64,000 nt of DNA from a virus. The notes beneath the pieces are model-generated. The model saw only the letters and a program-made list of their open reading frames with translations, did no database searches and was not told where the DNA came from. The position numbers and the translations under genes were made by a program. This document shows positions 29,070 through 42,500 of the stretch, in pieces; the first letter of the stretch is position 1, and every line of letters begins with the position of its first letter. The DNA is taken from positions 10,799 to 74,798 of IMG/VR virus record IMGVR_UViG_3300027749_000089. One strand, given 5' to 3'.

Positions 29070-30308
29070 ATGGGCGCTACAACTTTAAGCCTTACTAATG
29101 GGCCATCGGGATTATCTACTAATTATGTATTACAAGAAGCTATTGGCGCATACAGCGACGAAGCTTACACTAATGCTAGAAAATTATCAGGTACAGGAAT
29201 TACTTCTTCTAACCCACAAATTGATACCAGCACAGAAACCTTTATTGGCCAAATGCGTTGGATGAAACCGTTAAACCCAACTATTAACGTTGCGTCATTA
29301 ACTGATTCTACAGATGGTACTAAAACCAGTTACGACACTGACTACAGCACATATATTAAAACTGTGCGTACACACGGTGCCGAAAAAGTTAACATGCAAC
29401 AAATTGTTACACAACAAGACGGTCTAGCTAAAATTGGTCGTGACTTCGGTGAAACTCGTGCTCAAGACGAACACAATGCTATTCTTTCTGTATTGAAAGG
29501 TGTTGCTGTAGCTGAAGCATTAAACGGTGCTGCTACAGGCTCTGGTTCAACTGGTCTTGGTGGTCAAACATTCTCTAACGATCCTACAGATAAGAAATAT
29601 GGTTTCTACGTAGATCTTGGTTCTGAGAAAATCGTTACTGCTAATGGTGTTGCTCCTGGTGCCGTTGTTAACTATGCATATCAAGGTGCTTCACGTGCTG
29701 AAGGTTTCTTAAATGCATTCGGCATGGCATTTAAAGATTATGAACCAGAATGGGCATACTTAGTTGTATCTCCTGAAACTATGGCTTCATTCCGTTCAGC
29801 TAATTTTGTTGATGAAACAACTATTGTTGATGGTAACATTAATTTTAACACAATCTTCAATGGTAAATTCCGTTTAATCACTACACGTGCTGCTCAGTCG
29901 CTTTCTGCTGCTGAATTAACAATGTTACGTACTGGTGCTGGCGTTGGTGCTACAACTACTTTTGCTGCTAATAAGAAAACTTCATTCATTGTATTGCCAG
30001 GTGCAATTGCAATGGAACAGTTGATGGTTCCTGATTCAGTTGAAGTTTACCGTGACGCTAACAAATACAAAGGTGGCGGTACAACTTCTATTTGGAATCG
30101 TTGGGGTTATGTATTATCTCCTGCTGGTTACGATTGGAATGGTGCTAAAACTGCATTCCCATCTGACGCTGATTACATGGGTGTTGTTGAAAGCGGTACT
30201 TCTAAAGCTCTTACAGCTACAACTACTATTGCTAGCGCACGTGGTACATGGACACGTAAAACACAATCAGCATTATCATTAGGTATCTTACCTGTATTCC
30301 ATTCTTAA
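29070..30308 (+). CDS. major capsid protein
   Basis: 412 aa, strong codon bias, position after scaffold, EVYRD...GGG...W.RWGYVL.P.GYDW C-terminal pattern. Confidence 0.8.
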   Translation: MGATTLSLTNGPSGLSTNYVLQEAIGAYSDEAYTNARKLSGTGITSSNPQIDTSTETFIGQMRWMKPLNPTINVASLTDSTDGTKTSYDTDYSTYIKTVRTHGAEKVNMQQIVTQQDGLAKIGRDFGETRAQDEHNAILSVLKGVAVAEALNGAATGSGSTGLGGQTFSNDPTDKKYGFYVDLGSEKIVTANGVAPGAVVNYAYQGASRAEGFLNAFGMAFKDYEPEWAYLVVSPETMASFRSANFVDETTIVDGNINFNTIFNGKFRLITTRAAQSLSAAELTMLRTGAGVGATTTFAANKKTSFIVLPGAIAMEQLMVPDSVEVYRDANKYKGGGTTSIWNRWGYVLSPAGYDWNGAKTAFPSDADYMGVVESGTSKALTATTTIASARGTWTRKTQSALSLGILPVFHS

Positions 30309-30318
30309 GGAGTAAGTT

Positions 30319-30801
30319 ATGGCACTAGTTAAAGGTGTTAATTCAAATGCTACCGTAACTGAGGCCGATACTTATTTTGAGAACAGACTAGATGTAGCGG
30401 CATGGACTGACGCTTCCGATACTCAGAAAGAACAATCTCTATGTACTGCTACATTTATGTTGGATGAATTGGATTGGATCGGAGTAGCTACAGATTCAAC
30501 TCAGTCACTTGCTCATCCTCGTAAAGATGGTGAATATTTTGATCCTAAGCTTGGCATACTTGTTCCATTAGTTTCCACTGTTGTTGATATAAGAGTCACT
30601 AAAGCTACTTATGAGTTAGCTTATCATTTATTAAATAATGATGGACTTTTAGACAACACAGGCTTAATCAAAGATTTAGAACTTAGTGGCATTAAACTTA
30701 GTGTTATTAGACCTGCGGATAAAATCCCTATGGTTGCAAAAACACTTATCAAACCATTACTCCGGAATAGTGGTAAGAGAACATGGTGGAGGGCTAATTA
30801 A
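30319..30801 (+). CDS. head-tail adaptor (DnaT-like phage family)
   Basis: NS.ATV.EAD.YF..R...W...L..AT..LD...G....Q.LA.PR. Confidence 0.75.
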   Translation: MALVKGVNSNATVTEADTYFENRLDVAAWTDASDTQKEQSLCTATFMLDELDWIGVATDSTQSLAHPRKDGEYFDPKLGILVPLVSTVVDIRVTKATYELAYHLLNNDGLLDNTGLIKDLELSGIKLSVIRPADKIPMVAKTLIKPLLRNSGKRTWWRAN

Positions 30802-31145
30802 TGGCATATAATTCATTAATTGGTAATTCATTAAATAAAGCATTTAATGCAGCTAAAGACTTAGCTATTGATGCAGTGTTTACAAAGACAACTAATTCTG
30901 AGTTTGATTTTAGCACTGGTGAAGTTAACGATACAACTATACCTTCGATAACGACAAAAATAATTATTACAAAAACGTCTAAAACTTCAGAAGCGAAAAC
31001 TATGACTATTATGTTTAAAACAAAAGAAGTCGGAGCGTTTTCAATGACAGACCATGTGTATATAGATAGTGCTAAATGGCATATTGGTAATGTGATTACT
31101 TCAAACAATCATATTTCAGTTGTTGAACTCTATCATGAGGTATAA
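30801..31145 (+). CDS. putative head closure protein
   Basis: Synteny; FDFSTG motif. Confidence 0.55.
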   Translation: MAYNSLIGNSLNKAFNAAKDLAIDAVFTKTTNSEFDFSTGEVNDTTIPSITTKIIITKTSKTSEAKTMTIMFKTKEVGAFSMTDHVYIDSAKWHIGNVITSNNHISVVELYHEV

Positions 31146-31147
31146 CT

Positions 31148-31558
31148 ATGGGTAAGTATACTGATTTAGAAAAAGACGTTTATTCAGTATTTTCATCTAA
31201 TGAATGGAAAGCTGAAGAAATAAAAACATTCCCGACAAATTTTGTAGTGATGAATACTACTAATGACGAATTTATACGCGTATCAGTGATACCTAGTGGA
31301 AACCCTATAGATAGATACTCATTAGCAGGAATTCTCATAATTGATATTTTTACAGCTGCAGGTTCAGGTACTAGACGTGCCTCAATAATAGCAGATACTT
31401 TAGATAGTTATTTAACTAACAAATCTAAAAATACAGGCTCTGGAATGACTCAATTCGGTATAAGTAGTCTAGCACATTTAGGTGCAGATAAAGCTTTGCC
31501 TGTGATTCATAAAAGTACCTATACAATCTCTTTCAACTTCTTCGGAAGTTCTACTTAA
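31148..31558 (+). CDS. putative tail terminator
   Basis: Synteny; GILIIDIFT..G.G pattern. Confidence 0.6.
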   Translation: MGKYTDLEKDVYSVFSSNEWKAEEIKTFPTNFVVMNTTNDEFIRVSVIPSGNPIDRYSLAGILIIDIFTAAGSGTRRASIIADTLDSYLTNKSKNTGSGMTQFGISSLAHLGADKALPVIHKSTYTISFNFFGSST

Positions 31559-31574
31559 ATTTAAAGGAATAAAA

Positions 31575-32270
31575 ATGGCTCACATTTCTTCTATTGCTGC
31601 GGCAATGTTTTCAGATTTATCTGTCTGCACTAAAGCACATGACTTGACAACATATAATTTAGAAACACTTATTAAAGAAATTCAGTCAGGTCAATTAACA
31701 TCAACAGGTGATGGCTTGTCAACTGCGGGTAAAGCAGTTGCGACACAAGGTTTGTTTCAAACATTAGATTCTGCTACTGATACAGGCGGTTTCTTACGTA
31801 TTACAAACATCAAAGAATTTCCTGCAGTTGGTACGCCTGCAAACGTTGTTAAAGTTCCTGAATATGGTGCTAAAACATCTAAACAAATCCAAGGACAAGC
31901 TGACTCACCAACGATGGAACTTACTCTGAACTTTGTTCCAGATAAATGGAAAGAAAACAAAGTTGCATACAGTACTGGCTCTTCATCTCCTATTGTTATT
32001 GGTGATGGTAATGTTTATTTGTTTAGATTCACATTATTAGCGCAAGAACCAGAAGGCTATAAAGCTATTACCGATACTGCATCAGTAGATACTGATGCGA
32101 TTGGCGGTTCAGGCACAACTTCTTCTGTAATTGGTGCTGTTAAAAACTCTTCTTATTACTTCTTAGGTAAATTTGAAGCGTTAGAAGTAACACCCAGCTT
32201 GACAGATGCTATGTCAGCGAAATTAACTATTACTGTACAATCAGATATTCGTGGTGCATTCACTGTGTAA
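31575..32270 (+). CDS. major tail tube protein
   Basis: IKEFP.VG.PAN.V.VP.YG..TS.QI.GQAD.P..E.TLN.VP. Confidence 0.8.
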   Translation: MAHISSIAAAMFSDLSVCTKAHDLTTYNLETLIKEIQSGQLTSTGDGLSTAGKAVATQGLFQTLDSATDTGGFLRITNIKEFPAVGTPANVVKVPEYGAKTSKQIQGQADSPTMELTLNFVPDKWKENKVAYSTGSSSPIVIGDGNVYLFRFTLLAQEPEGYKAITDTASVDTDAIGGSGTTSSVIGAVKNSSYYFLGKFEALEVTPSLTDAMSAKLTITVQSDIRGAFTV

Positions 32271-32281
32271 ATGATGTACTT

Positions 32282-32306
32282 GGAGGGGATTCGTCCCCTC
32301 CTTCTT
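32282..32306 (+). terminator. hairpin after tail tube gene
   Basis: GGAGGGGA-TTCG-TCCCCTCC then TTCTT. Confidence 0.6.
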
Positions 32307-32320
32307 ATTATGGATAGTAT

Positions 32321-32536
32321 ATGTCTCAAAATAAACCATTTAGCTTAGAGTATGTTGTTGGCATTACTGTTAAACATATGCTTAAAAGTATTGATATTAG
32401 TATTAATAAAACATTCGAACGAACGAAAGATGACACATTGACTCCAGATAAAAAATCTGAAGCTTTCGAAACACTCTCAATTTTACATCAAATGCGAGCA
32501 CAACTAGATGAACGCAAGATTAATCAAGGTAAGTAA
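32321..32536 (+). CDS. hypothetical protein
   Basis: ORF between tail tube and chaperone. Confidence 0.6.
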   Translation: MSQNKPFSLEYVVGITVKHMLKSIDISINKTFERTKDDTLTPDKKSEAFETLSILHQMRAQLDERKINQGK

Positions 32537-32537
32537 C

Positions 32538-32855
32538 ATGTCAGAAGCAAAAGGTATTAAAGCTCTAGTCGGCCAACGTATGACTAAAACAGTTAAATTC
32601 TTAACAGGTGATGTTAAGATTTCTAAGTTAACTGTATCTGAAGTTTTAGAAATTCAAAACAAAGCAAAAGACGCTGATAAAGACGAAAATGCAGGTTTAG
32701 AATTACTTAAAACGGTTATTCGTATGGGTGTTGAAGGTGGTCAAGAATTAGATGATACAGATTTTGATAACTTCCCTATGGAAGAATTATCTAAACTATC
32801 AAATGAAATTATGAAATATTCAGGCTTAGGTCAAGATTCGGGAAAGTCTGCTTAG
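32538..32855 (+). CDS. tail assembly chaperone (gpG-like)
   Basis: Upstream of tape measure; ends at slippery G GGA AAG. Confidence 0.8.
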   Translation: MSEAKGIKALVGQRMTKTVKFLTGDVKISKLTVSEVLEIQNKAKDADKDENAGLELLKTVIRMGVEGGQELDDTDFDNFPMEELSKLSNEIMKYSGLGQDSGKSA

Positions 32856-33193
32856 ACTCGGAGACACTTCCAATATTTGAATTAGCATTTCATCTTAAGA
32901 TGCCTGTGTATAAAATATACGAAGAGATGACTTATGAGGAATTGCTAGGTTGGTTTAGTTATTTAGAACAAAGACCAATCGAATGGCGTTCCGATGATCG
33001 CGCAGCTAAATTAATTCAAGTACAGGGTGTCAAAGAGAAGCCTTGGCAACTTTTTACTTCATTAGATGCTATTTACAATCCAAAATCTAATAATAATAAT
33101 GATGGTCTTTTTGATCAAAGTAATTTTAAACGCTCAGGCTTCTTCCTAAAATTAGCTGGAGCCAAAGACGGTGACAACATTTTTGGAGAATAA
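32840..33193 (+). CDS. -1 frameshift extension of the chaperone (gpGT-like)
   Basis: GGGAAAG at 32840-32846; the -1 frame is open from there through the 32900..33193 ORF. Confidence 0.8.
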   Translation, partial: GKVCLDSETLPIFELAFHLKMPVYKIYEEMTYEELLGWFSYLEQRPIEWRSDDRAAKLIQVQGVKEKPWQLFTSLDAIYNPKSNNNNDGLFDQSNFKRSGFFLKLAGAKDGDNIFGE

Positions 33194-33499
33194 ATGTCTG
33201 TTAAAATAAATATAGATATTAATGCTGAATTTAAAAAACGTGTTGATAGAATAAAAGACAATAAACTCGAAAACATTTTAACTGCACTAAAAGAAGCAAC
33301 ACCAGTTGACACGGGTAGAGCGCGAGACGGTTGGGAATTAAAACCTGGCAAAATAATTAATAATGTCGAATATATCGATGACTTAAATGCCGGTCACAGT
33401 AAACAAGCACCATCGCATTTTATTGAAAAAACTTTACTATCATTTAAAGATGTAAAGTCAAATGGTGTTATTGTAACACATACCCCTGAAGAATCTTAA
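33194..33499 (+). CDS. HK97 gp10-like tail completion protein
   Basis: TPVDTGRARDGW...NNVEYI..LN.GHSKQAP. Confidence 0.75.
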   Translation: MSVKINIDINAEFKKRVDRIKDNKLENILTALKEATPVDTGRARDGWELKPGKIINNVEYIDDLNAGHSKQAPSHFIEKTLLSFKDVKSNGVIVTHTPEES

Positions 33500-33535
33500 A
33501 GATTCCTTAGGGGTTTTTTATAGGAGAGTAAAAAG

Positions 33536-36500
33536 ATGTCAGGCATTGTCATTGATGTCGAAGCTAAGATTGATAAAGCGCAGCGTGATCTAAATACATT
33601 AAATAATTCAGTTAAAAATATTGAAAAAAGTACTAGCTCGGTGGCTAATGCCTTTGATGGTCTTATAGCTTCAGTCGGTAGTTTAACAGCGTTAGGTAGT
33701 TCGTTATATTTTATGCAAGATATAGCCACTTCTTATCGCAATATGGAAAACCAAATAAAATTGGTTACAAATAGTACAGAGGCTTTCACTAAAACGCAAG
33801 AAGAGCTCTACAACATAACCAAAGAAACACATAGCGAATTGAAAAATAGTGTTTCTATTTACTCAACATTAGGCAAGTCGCTAAGCCAAGCTGGAATTTC
33901 ATCTGAAAGATTAGTCAGTGCTACTAAAACTATACAACAGTCTATGAGTATTTCAGGTGCATCTGCTGAGTCGGCTAATGCAGCTATTATGCAGTTAGGC
34001 CAAGGGCTGTCTTCAGGTGCATTACGTGGTGAAGAATTAAACTCAGTGATGGAACAAGCTCCACGATTAGCACAAGCGTTGGCTGACGAATTACACGCCA
34101 GCTTAGGGGAAATGCGTACTCTTGCTGCAGAAGGCAAGCTCACTACCAATGTTGTATTTAAAGCATTAGAAAACCAAGCAGGAAAAATTAATGATCAATT
34201 TTCTAAATTAAAACCTACATTAGCGCAAGGCACACAAGCTTTGAGTCAGAGCCTTAAAAATTATTTTTATGAATTTGACAAAGGATTAGGCTTAACAGAT
34301 CTAATGGGTGTGAGAAATGCCAAACTTGCTGATAAAATTGATGAAGCTGCTAAAAAAGCCTTTATATTAGGTAATAATATCGCTATAGTTGCATTAAAGT
34401 ATAAGAATATTTTTGATTATGCACAGAGACCTCTTAGATTACAAGCTGAAATAAATTTTGAAAAATTTAAAATAAGCTTAGAGCAATTAGGCATAACAGC
34501 CGCATTTGAGCATCTTGGAAAAAATCTTGAAGTTTTATTAAATAATATTTTCAATGGGCTACTTGATAGATTTCAAGCACGTAATAAGGGGATAGGCAGT
34601 ATAATTAGTGCATCCGTTTTAGATACTTTTCATGATGCAATGAATTTACAAGCATTAGAAATGGATAGTATCCTTAATAAGCTAACTAGAAGTATTTTTA
34701 ATTTTGTTAGAAATATTAATGCTACCGTCACTGAGTTGAAGTTAAAACCTCTTTTATTTATTGATGACCTTTTTAATAATATCCTTCGAGGTTCACAAAA
34801 TTTAGATTTTGCATTAACAGCTATAACTCGATTCGGTAAAGATGTTATTCATGTATTCTTTAATATTTACGATAAAGTGATTGGAAATTCGTGGTGGACA
34901 GACACTATTAATACAGTTATAAATACGTCTGATTCATTATGGTCTAATGCTAAAAATGGCTTAACTAAGTTTTCAAAAGGCGTCCAAAATATTTTTGAAG
35001 GTTTATATAATGATGTAGTAGACATTGTTGACAGCTTTGGTAGTTTTGATATTAAAACAATAAAAATAGCTATAGTAGTAAGCCGTGTTGAAGAGTTTGG
35101 AAGAGATATTTATACAAGTTTAGTTTCAGGCATTACTAAATTTAGTAAAGAATCGCCTATGCTATTTCAATCAATAGCAGCAGGGTTAGGCGCAATTCTA
35201 GTTAGTATGATGTTTCCTGTATCACGTATCACCCTTGCATTAGAAGCTGCTTTAACAACTTCTGCTTTAAAATCAGGTGCCATTTTTAGTGAATCAATAG
35301 GAAAAGATTTTTTAGATGAAAGTTTATTTTTATCAATAGGTAAGAAACTTGGAGAACTTACTGGCAAGCTAGTTGATAACTTTATAAAACAAATACCAAA
35401 CTTGATATCAGCTCTCTTAGGTGTAATAAGCGGGTTTACACGAGGTTTTTTAGAACAAATACCAATAATTGGATTAGCTTTTAAAGCATTATTTAAAATT
35501 GGTGATTTAACTGAAACCAGCGGGCCATTAGGCCTAGTTGGGGGTTTGTTACTAGGGACTATGGGCCTGAAACTTCTTTCCTCTATAGGTATATTTAGCG
35601 ACCAAATTGAAGGTATTTTTGTAGTTGCTAGAAGAGTAGCTATGTTCTTTGCCGGGCGCGGTGGCCTAATGTCGATGTTGCTCTTTGGAGGTAATAGAGC
35701 ATTCTTTACAATTGGTTGGGCAGGTCTTATATTAGATCAGATGGGCGCATTTGACAGTCTTTTTGAAAATTCAGGGCTAATGCACTTAGCCATAAAAGGT
35801 GGATTGCTTGCAATGGCTTTGTTTGGAATTAATGGTCTTCGCGCTATTCGTGCTGAAATCATTATTCCAATATTACAAAGTTTTCGTGCGTTAATAACAA
35901 GCTTTAGTTGGGGCACATCATTACTTTCTGGCCTAGAAGCGGCTATTGCGGGGAGTGGCAGAGGGTTATTAATGCGATTTGTTGGAATGTTAGCAGCTAT
36001 GCGTCGAGGTATGACTGATAGACTATTTGCTATGACATCTGGACAATCTATTATTGAAGCATTAATTTTTGGATCAGCTGGGCCAATAGGTCTTATTGGA
36101 AGTTGGTATTCAAGTATTGTAGGTTTCTTTTCGCGTATAGGCGGCTTAAGTATATTTAACGGAATTGGACCGGCACTTGCTTCAGTTAGCGCATCTATGG
36201 CAACATTACGCGCATCTGCAGGCGCTACAGGAATCCTCAGTAGATTTCTATTTGGCCCAGCAGGTATTGCAGTCGTATTAGCCGCTATTAGTATGTTTGT
36301 AAGCTCTGTTAATGCAGCTGAAATTGAACTTGGTGGTGATAAACGACAAAAGAAATCCTGGTTTGAAGAATTAAAAGATTCTATATCTTCATTCAATATT
36401 TCTAAATTATTCACTGGAAATCCTTTTCAACCATTAGTTGATTTTTGGAATGATATAGATATTGTAAACACCATATCACAGAATGTTGGGACAGTGATAA

Positions 36501-39500
36501 GCACTACAACTGCTTCTGTAGGCTTCTTCCTATTTGTATTTAAATCGCAAGTAGCTCAGCTGCTTTCTGTACTATTTTCAGCTGTCAATTTGTCAAGGGT
36601 AGCTATAGCAACTTCACAAGCCGTATCTCTTATTGGAATTGCTGCTTCACAAATTAAAGGTTTTATATATTCCATTGGCGCTGCAATTACCAGTCTTAAT
36701 TATGTAGCAATGTTTTCTTCTTTATCAGGAGGACTAGCTACATTTATTCTTAGCATGCGAGGTATTCTTCTTAGCGGCATGGGAGCTATGGCAGGCGCAA
36801 TGGCTGCAAATCTTGTAGGCGGCTCTGATTGGGCAGCTTTAGGTGCAATGATCGGTGCGATGATTGGCTTGAAAATTTCAGAAGCAATTGGAAGAGCAAT
36901 ATTAACACAAGCCGGCTTAATAATTGCAAGAGCAATTGCAGTAGTTATAGGTGGCTTGATTGCACTTGCTATTCCTATAGGTCTTATAGGTCTTTGGTTG
37001 TTTGGCGATAAACAGGATTTGGGCAAAGATTTAGATGATGTAATTGACAAAGTTAAAGAACTGATGGGCATGGGTTCGCCCACTAAGAATCTAACTACAG
37101 GCTTATCTAAAGAAGCGCAAGCAACAGCAGAAAAAATCGGTTTAAGCATTACGTATGATTTAAAAAAGATAAATCCTGATTTATTAAGTAAAACTGATAA
37201 AGATCGATTAGATGAGTCTATTAAGAGTTTAGATGAAGTTTTAGTAAATGGTGGAAAAGATCTTGAAGCGGGGATAGCATTAAGTGGTTCTCAACTTGGT
37301 GAAATACAATTAAAACAATTACGTACATCCAACATTGCTAATAAAGATGCTGCCAAAACAACATTTGAATTAAAGGATTTTGCTGACAGCGTATTAAGCG
37401 CTAATACAAGTAAGCCGCAAGATCGTTTTGATGTTGGGTTAAATTGGATTAAACAAGCTAGTTTAGATCTTAAATATAATATTGAGCATGCAATCCTTTC
37501 GGCTAAGGTGAAGTATCCTGTGTTCAAATCAGAGGATCCACTTAAAAATAGATTAATGCTAAATAATCTAGAAGAATCTAGAAAATATAAGTATACTGCA
37601 GGCGCTAAAGAACTGACAGATAGAGAGTTTTATATGGGGCGAGGCATTCAAAGCCTTGCATTGAATGGACCAGAAGGCCCAAAAATTAAAGAGCAGATGA
37701 CTCTTGAAGCAGCAAAGTATACTGAAATTATTAAAAAGTTAAATGACGAGTCTTCAGCTTATACTGCAGCTGACCGTACAATGATGGAAGAGTATAGAAA
37801 TTCATCAATGACACGTATGGAAACTTTATTAAAACAACAACAATACTTTCAAAAAGAATCTGCATCTATTGCTAAGTTTAATGCAGAATTAGGAAATCTT
37901 GCAAGTAACTTTAATACTAAAAACTTTGAATTCAAATTAGATACAAATAAATTATTTGCGCAAGATCAAGAAGCATACGATAGACTATTTTCTTTGAGCA
38001 AAGAAGCTAAGAAGCTGGGTGAAGAGTTAGAGAAAACTTCTGATATAAGCAAACGTAATTCTATTATATTGCGTATTGAAGAAATTAGAACAGTCACTAC
38101 ACGTCAAGTAGAACAAGCAAATAACCTTAGAAACAGAGCACAATTTGAATTAAAATCGATTGGTGAAAAAGCTGGTGTTAAAGTCCCTAGCGCGTCTGAA
38201 TACTTGCCGACCACTGCTGCAGAAGAATTTAGAACTCGTCTGCAATCCTTACAAGCTAGACGTGAAAATATTAAGACCAAGCCTGCTGCTCCAGCAATGT
38301 ATGCCTTGGGAGATATTCCTAAAGATAGTAAGGAATACACTGCATACATAGACGATTTCAATAAACGTAATGAAGCGTTTAAGAAAGCGGAAATAAATTT
38401 TAAAACAGAATCTGATGCAATTAATACCGAAAGTATTAAAATTCAAAATGATATTATTGAATCTTTAAAGACAAATTCAGATACTAAAGCACAATTCTTA
38501 AAAGATGCTGCTGAATCAGTTAATATAGACTTATTGCAATCTATTTCAGATTTCGGACTAGAGCAGGCTACTGATGCTATTATAAAGATTGCTGCTAAAT
38601 CAAATGAAGTATCCGATGCATTAGCTAATAAAGATTGGGGACTGGCGGCTAAGCTTAATGAAGAAATGAAATCAATGAAGTTAAGTATTGATCATATCGA
38701 TCCTAAACCTCTTGAAGATCTTTTATCCGTTCTTAATGTTACGGCTTCTAAGCGTGATATTTTAGGCTTTAGTAAAACATCTTTTGATCTATTCAAAGAA
38801 GCTGGAAAGAGCGTTCAAGAATTTGATAGAGCAATTAAAGCAGGTCAAGATACATTATCTCAAGATAGTCTTAATGATTTATTGTCAAAAAGGTTAATGG
38901 CTACTGAAGCGGCATTTAATGAAATGCTTAAGTATGCTAATACTACTGGCGAAAAAATGTCTCAATCATTTGCTGATATCGGTGTACAAGATGTCGGAGG
39001 TTTAAGTAATGTTTCAGAAGGCGCTTTAAAACGCTTATTAAGTTTACAAACTATGTTGGCTAAATTAAAGCATGATGCTGAAAAACCAATGAATTTATCT
39101 GAGTATAAGGAATATCTTAAAAACCTTAATTTAGTAAATGCTGCATTAATAAAAGCTAAGAGTGTTTTGGCAACGTTTAGTGAAAAAGCTAATACATTTA
39201 GAGAAATATTTAAAGTTGATTTAACAGATTTAGATATTGCGTCAATGGCTGATGGATTAGGCATGCGTCTTGTTGAAGTTGCACAAACTGCAAAAGCAGC
39301 ATTAGAATCAGCAATGAAATCAGATGGTGGAATATTTAGTGATTCTACAAAACAATTAGCGGAAAATTTAAAAGATATTTCTGATATTGGTCCATATATA
39401 AAGTTTTTTAATGATTTTAAAAACAATACTGAAGACTCTTTAACAGACGGCATTAAAACATCATTTGAAAAAGTAAAAGCTGCATTACCTAATTTTGGAT

Positions 39501-42500
39501 TGGACTTTAAACAATTTGGAATGTTAAATAAAGCTGATCGTACAACATACACTAAGCAAGCATTAGAGTCGAGTACATTAGATGCTATTTTTACACTTAA
39601 TAATTTAACACAAGATCAAGCTGATATTATTAATAAGCTAGGTTCTGGAATGCCTTTTGACGCTATGATGACCGATTTAGAAAAGTCATTTAGTGAAACT
39701 CAAACAAAAGCTTTTGATAAATTTAAATCTACGCCAATTGATAGTTTAAACACCAATCTTGTAGATTTAAAAGATACTATTATAGCGGATATTGCTTCTA
39801 GAACAATTAAAACAAATGAGGTTGTTAAAACAGTTGAAGAATCTAAACCTAATACTAATTCGGTATTACGGACAGATTATAAACCGTTGGCTAGTTTTTC
39901 AAAAGATACTCCTGATCTGTTAAATACATTAGTTAGCCAAACAGTGGCTAAATATCCTACAATTAATCCTAATTTGATTAAAGGAGTTATTGCGCATGAG
40001 TCAGCAGGCAGAAATGTTCCTACAGGTATCTTAAATAAAGAAGGTAAACCGGCTAGTACAGCATTCGGTGTAGGTCAGTTCTTAAAAGGTACAGCTGCAG
40101 ACTTAGGTATTGACAGAACCAATATAGAGTCTTCTATAATGGGAATTGGTAAATATTTATCTATATTAGGAAAAGCTTTTGGTGGTAACGAATTCAAAAT
40201 GCTAGCAGGATATGCAGCAGGAGAAGGTGGTGCTAAGAAAGGCAAAGGGCAACAATCAGCTAAAGAAGTATTGGCATTAGTTGAAAAGATCAAACAAGAC
40301 CCTAATATTGAAAAACAAATTAATGCCAACTTATTAGGCACTAGAGATGTTAGCGATACTATAAAGGCAGCTGCGGCTAACAATGCAAAGATAATTGTTG
40401 ATGCTGTTGCAGCGCCTGTAACATATGAAAAACCTAAGAGCGGTGAAATAGATCCAAGAGCGAAAGCTGAAGCGTTTTATACTCAGAAAATAAGAGGCAT
40501 AGATAAGCCATTTGATACTTATAAGCAAATCTTAGAAGGTAATCAATATGGCAGAATGCTTAGTACTCCTAAAGAGATGTTAGGTAAAAGTCTATCACCT
40601 GAAACTTTAGGAATGCTATCTGATATTCAGACTAAATTTGCTACGGGGATTAATGAAGCATTATTACAAGCACAGCAAGAGTTTAATATTGCGCTAGCTA
40701 CTGGCACTGATACAACAACTGCACAAGAGAATATTACTAAGTATTCTGAAGCGTTAAAATCATTTTCAGATGGTGTAGCAGCTGATGCTAAATCTATTGA
40801 ATTGTCAAATATGCAGGCATTTAGTTCAGCTAACCAAAATGATATTACAGCATTTGCTGAAAAGTTTGGTGGGTTAGGTAGTGATGTATCTGCAGCAATG
40901 ACTGAAATGGAAAAGAAAACATTCAATTCTATGCTTATTATGAAAGCTTCTTTGAATGCTGAATTAATAGAAAAGAAAAAGAATAGCGAAACTACTACAG
41001 AAGTTGCTAGGAAAATAGCAGATCTTACTGATGCTGAAAATGAACTTAAAGATAAAACTGTAGAAATGGCAAATGCCGCACGAGAAGCTGGTAAAACTTT
41101 TGCATCAAGCATTACATCATCATTTAAAGATGCATTTAAAGGTTTATTAAATCAGAATAAAGATCAACGTAAATCTGTACTTGGTACCTTTGGTAGCAAA
41201 TTAATGGTTGATATTAAAGACCAAGTAGTTAATATGTTTACTGATTCATTTACTAATACTATTGGTCTAGGCAAGGGTGGTGTATTATCTAAAGTATTTA
41301 ATAATGCAGGTAAAGGTATCTCATCTATGTTTAGCGGTATCGGTTCTGGTGTTAAAAATATCTTCACAGGTAATATGACTTGGGATAAAATGACTACTGG
41401 CATTAGTAGTTGGTGGAATGGTATGACCAGTTCTACTGATATTTCTAATATGTCACCTGAAGAAATTCAAATGTCTGCCGCTGAGAAGTTCTCTGCAGCT
41501 GTTGATAAATTTGCTGGTGGCGGTGGTGTTGTAGGCAATGTGGCAAAAGCAGCTACCAGTGGAGGCATTGGTGATATGATATCAAGCGCTCTACCGTGGC
41601 TAGCAGGCGGTGCAGGCGTAGTTGGTCTTGGTGCGTTATTATCAGGTAGCGGAAAAGGCAGCTGGACAGAAGGCATATCAAGTCTTGGCTCTAACTTTGG
41701 AGCTAAATTTGGAGGAGGGACTTCTGATAATGGCAACCCTACTGAATTATTAAATCCAGTTACGGGAGCATTTGACAAAGTAGGCTCATCTATAGCAGAT
41801 GCAACAGCTGGCATCAGACAAATGACTTCTCCAGATACTACTACAGCGCTAGGAGATGTCTCTACAAAATCTATTACTCAATTAGGACAGTCTATGCAAA
41901 ATAGTTTGCCTGCAGCTGAAGTAACTGGATTATGGAATATATTATTATTACCAATCACAGGCCTTTTTAAATTGATTTCCGCTGGAATAACGGGCCTTAT
42001 GAGTTTATTTGGAGGTAATCCAGGTGATTCGGGAGCAGCCAATGGAACTAATGTAAGTTCAAATAACGATTTTGTTGGTCCAGTAAAGGCCGCTACTGGC
42101 GGTAAGATTACAGGTGCAGGTACTGGTACATCTGATTCTATACCAACTATGTTATCTAATGGTGAATTCATTATTAATGCCAAAGATGCTAAAGAAAATA
42201 TGGCGTTATTAGAATCAGTTAATAATGGAAAAGTTATCAGAAGAGCTGCCGGTGGTATTATTGGCGGTGCAATAGGTGTTGGATCTTCTGTCAACTCTAT
42301 GATGGGCGGTTCGCCTGATCTTTCTAAAGCTATGAATATTGCGGGCGCATTAGGTAATTTATTAAACTTATTTAAAACAGATCCCAATGATAAACTATTA
42401 GCTGCAGCAGAACACTTAGAAGCGGCTGCAACAGCATTAGAAGCTGCAGTAGCCGCAGGAGGATTAGGCGGTGGTGTAGGCGGTGGTGCAAATGCAATTA

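Noticed and set aside
24531-29280. Partial class I matches inside genes (AACCCCGTTAC near 24531, CCGTTAAACCC near 29268)
   Set aside because: Short, incomplete and within coding sequence; compatible with chance
33859-42387. Numerous minus-strand ORFs of 60-225 aa
   Set aside because: Antisense shadows of long + strand genes with no recognisable motifs
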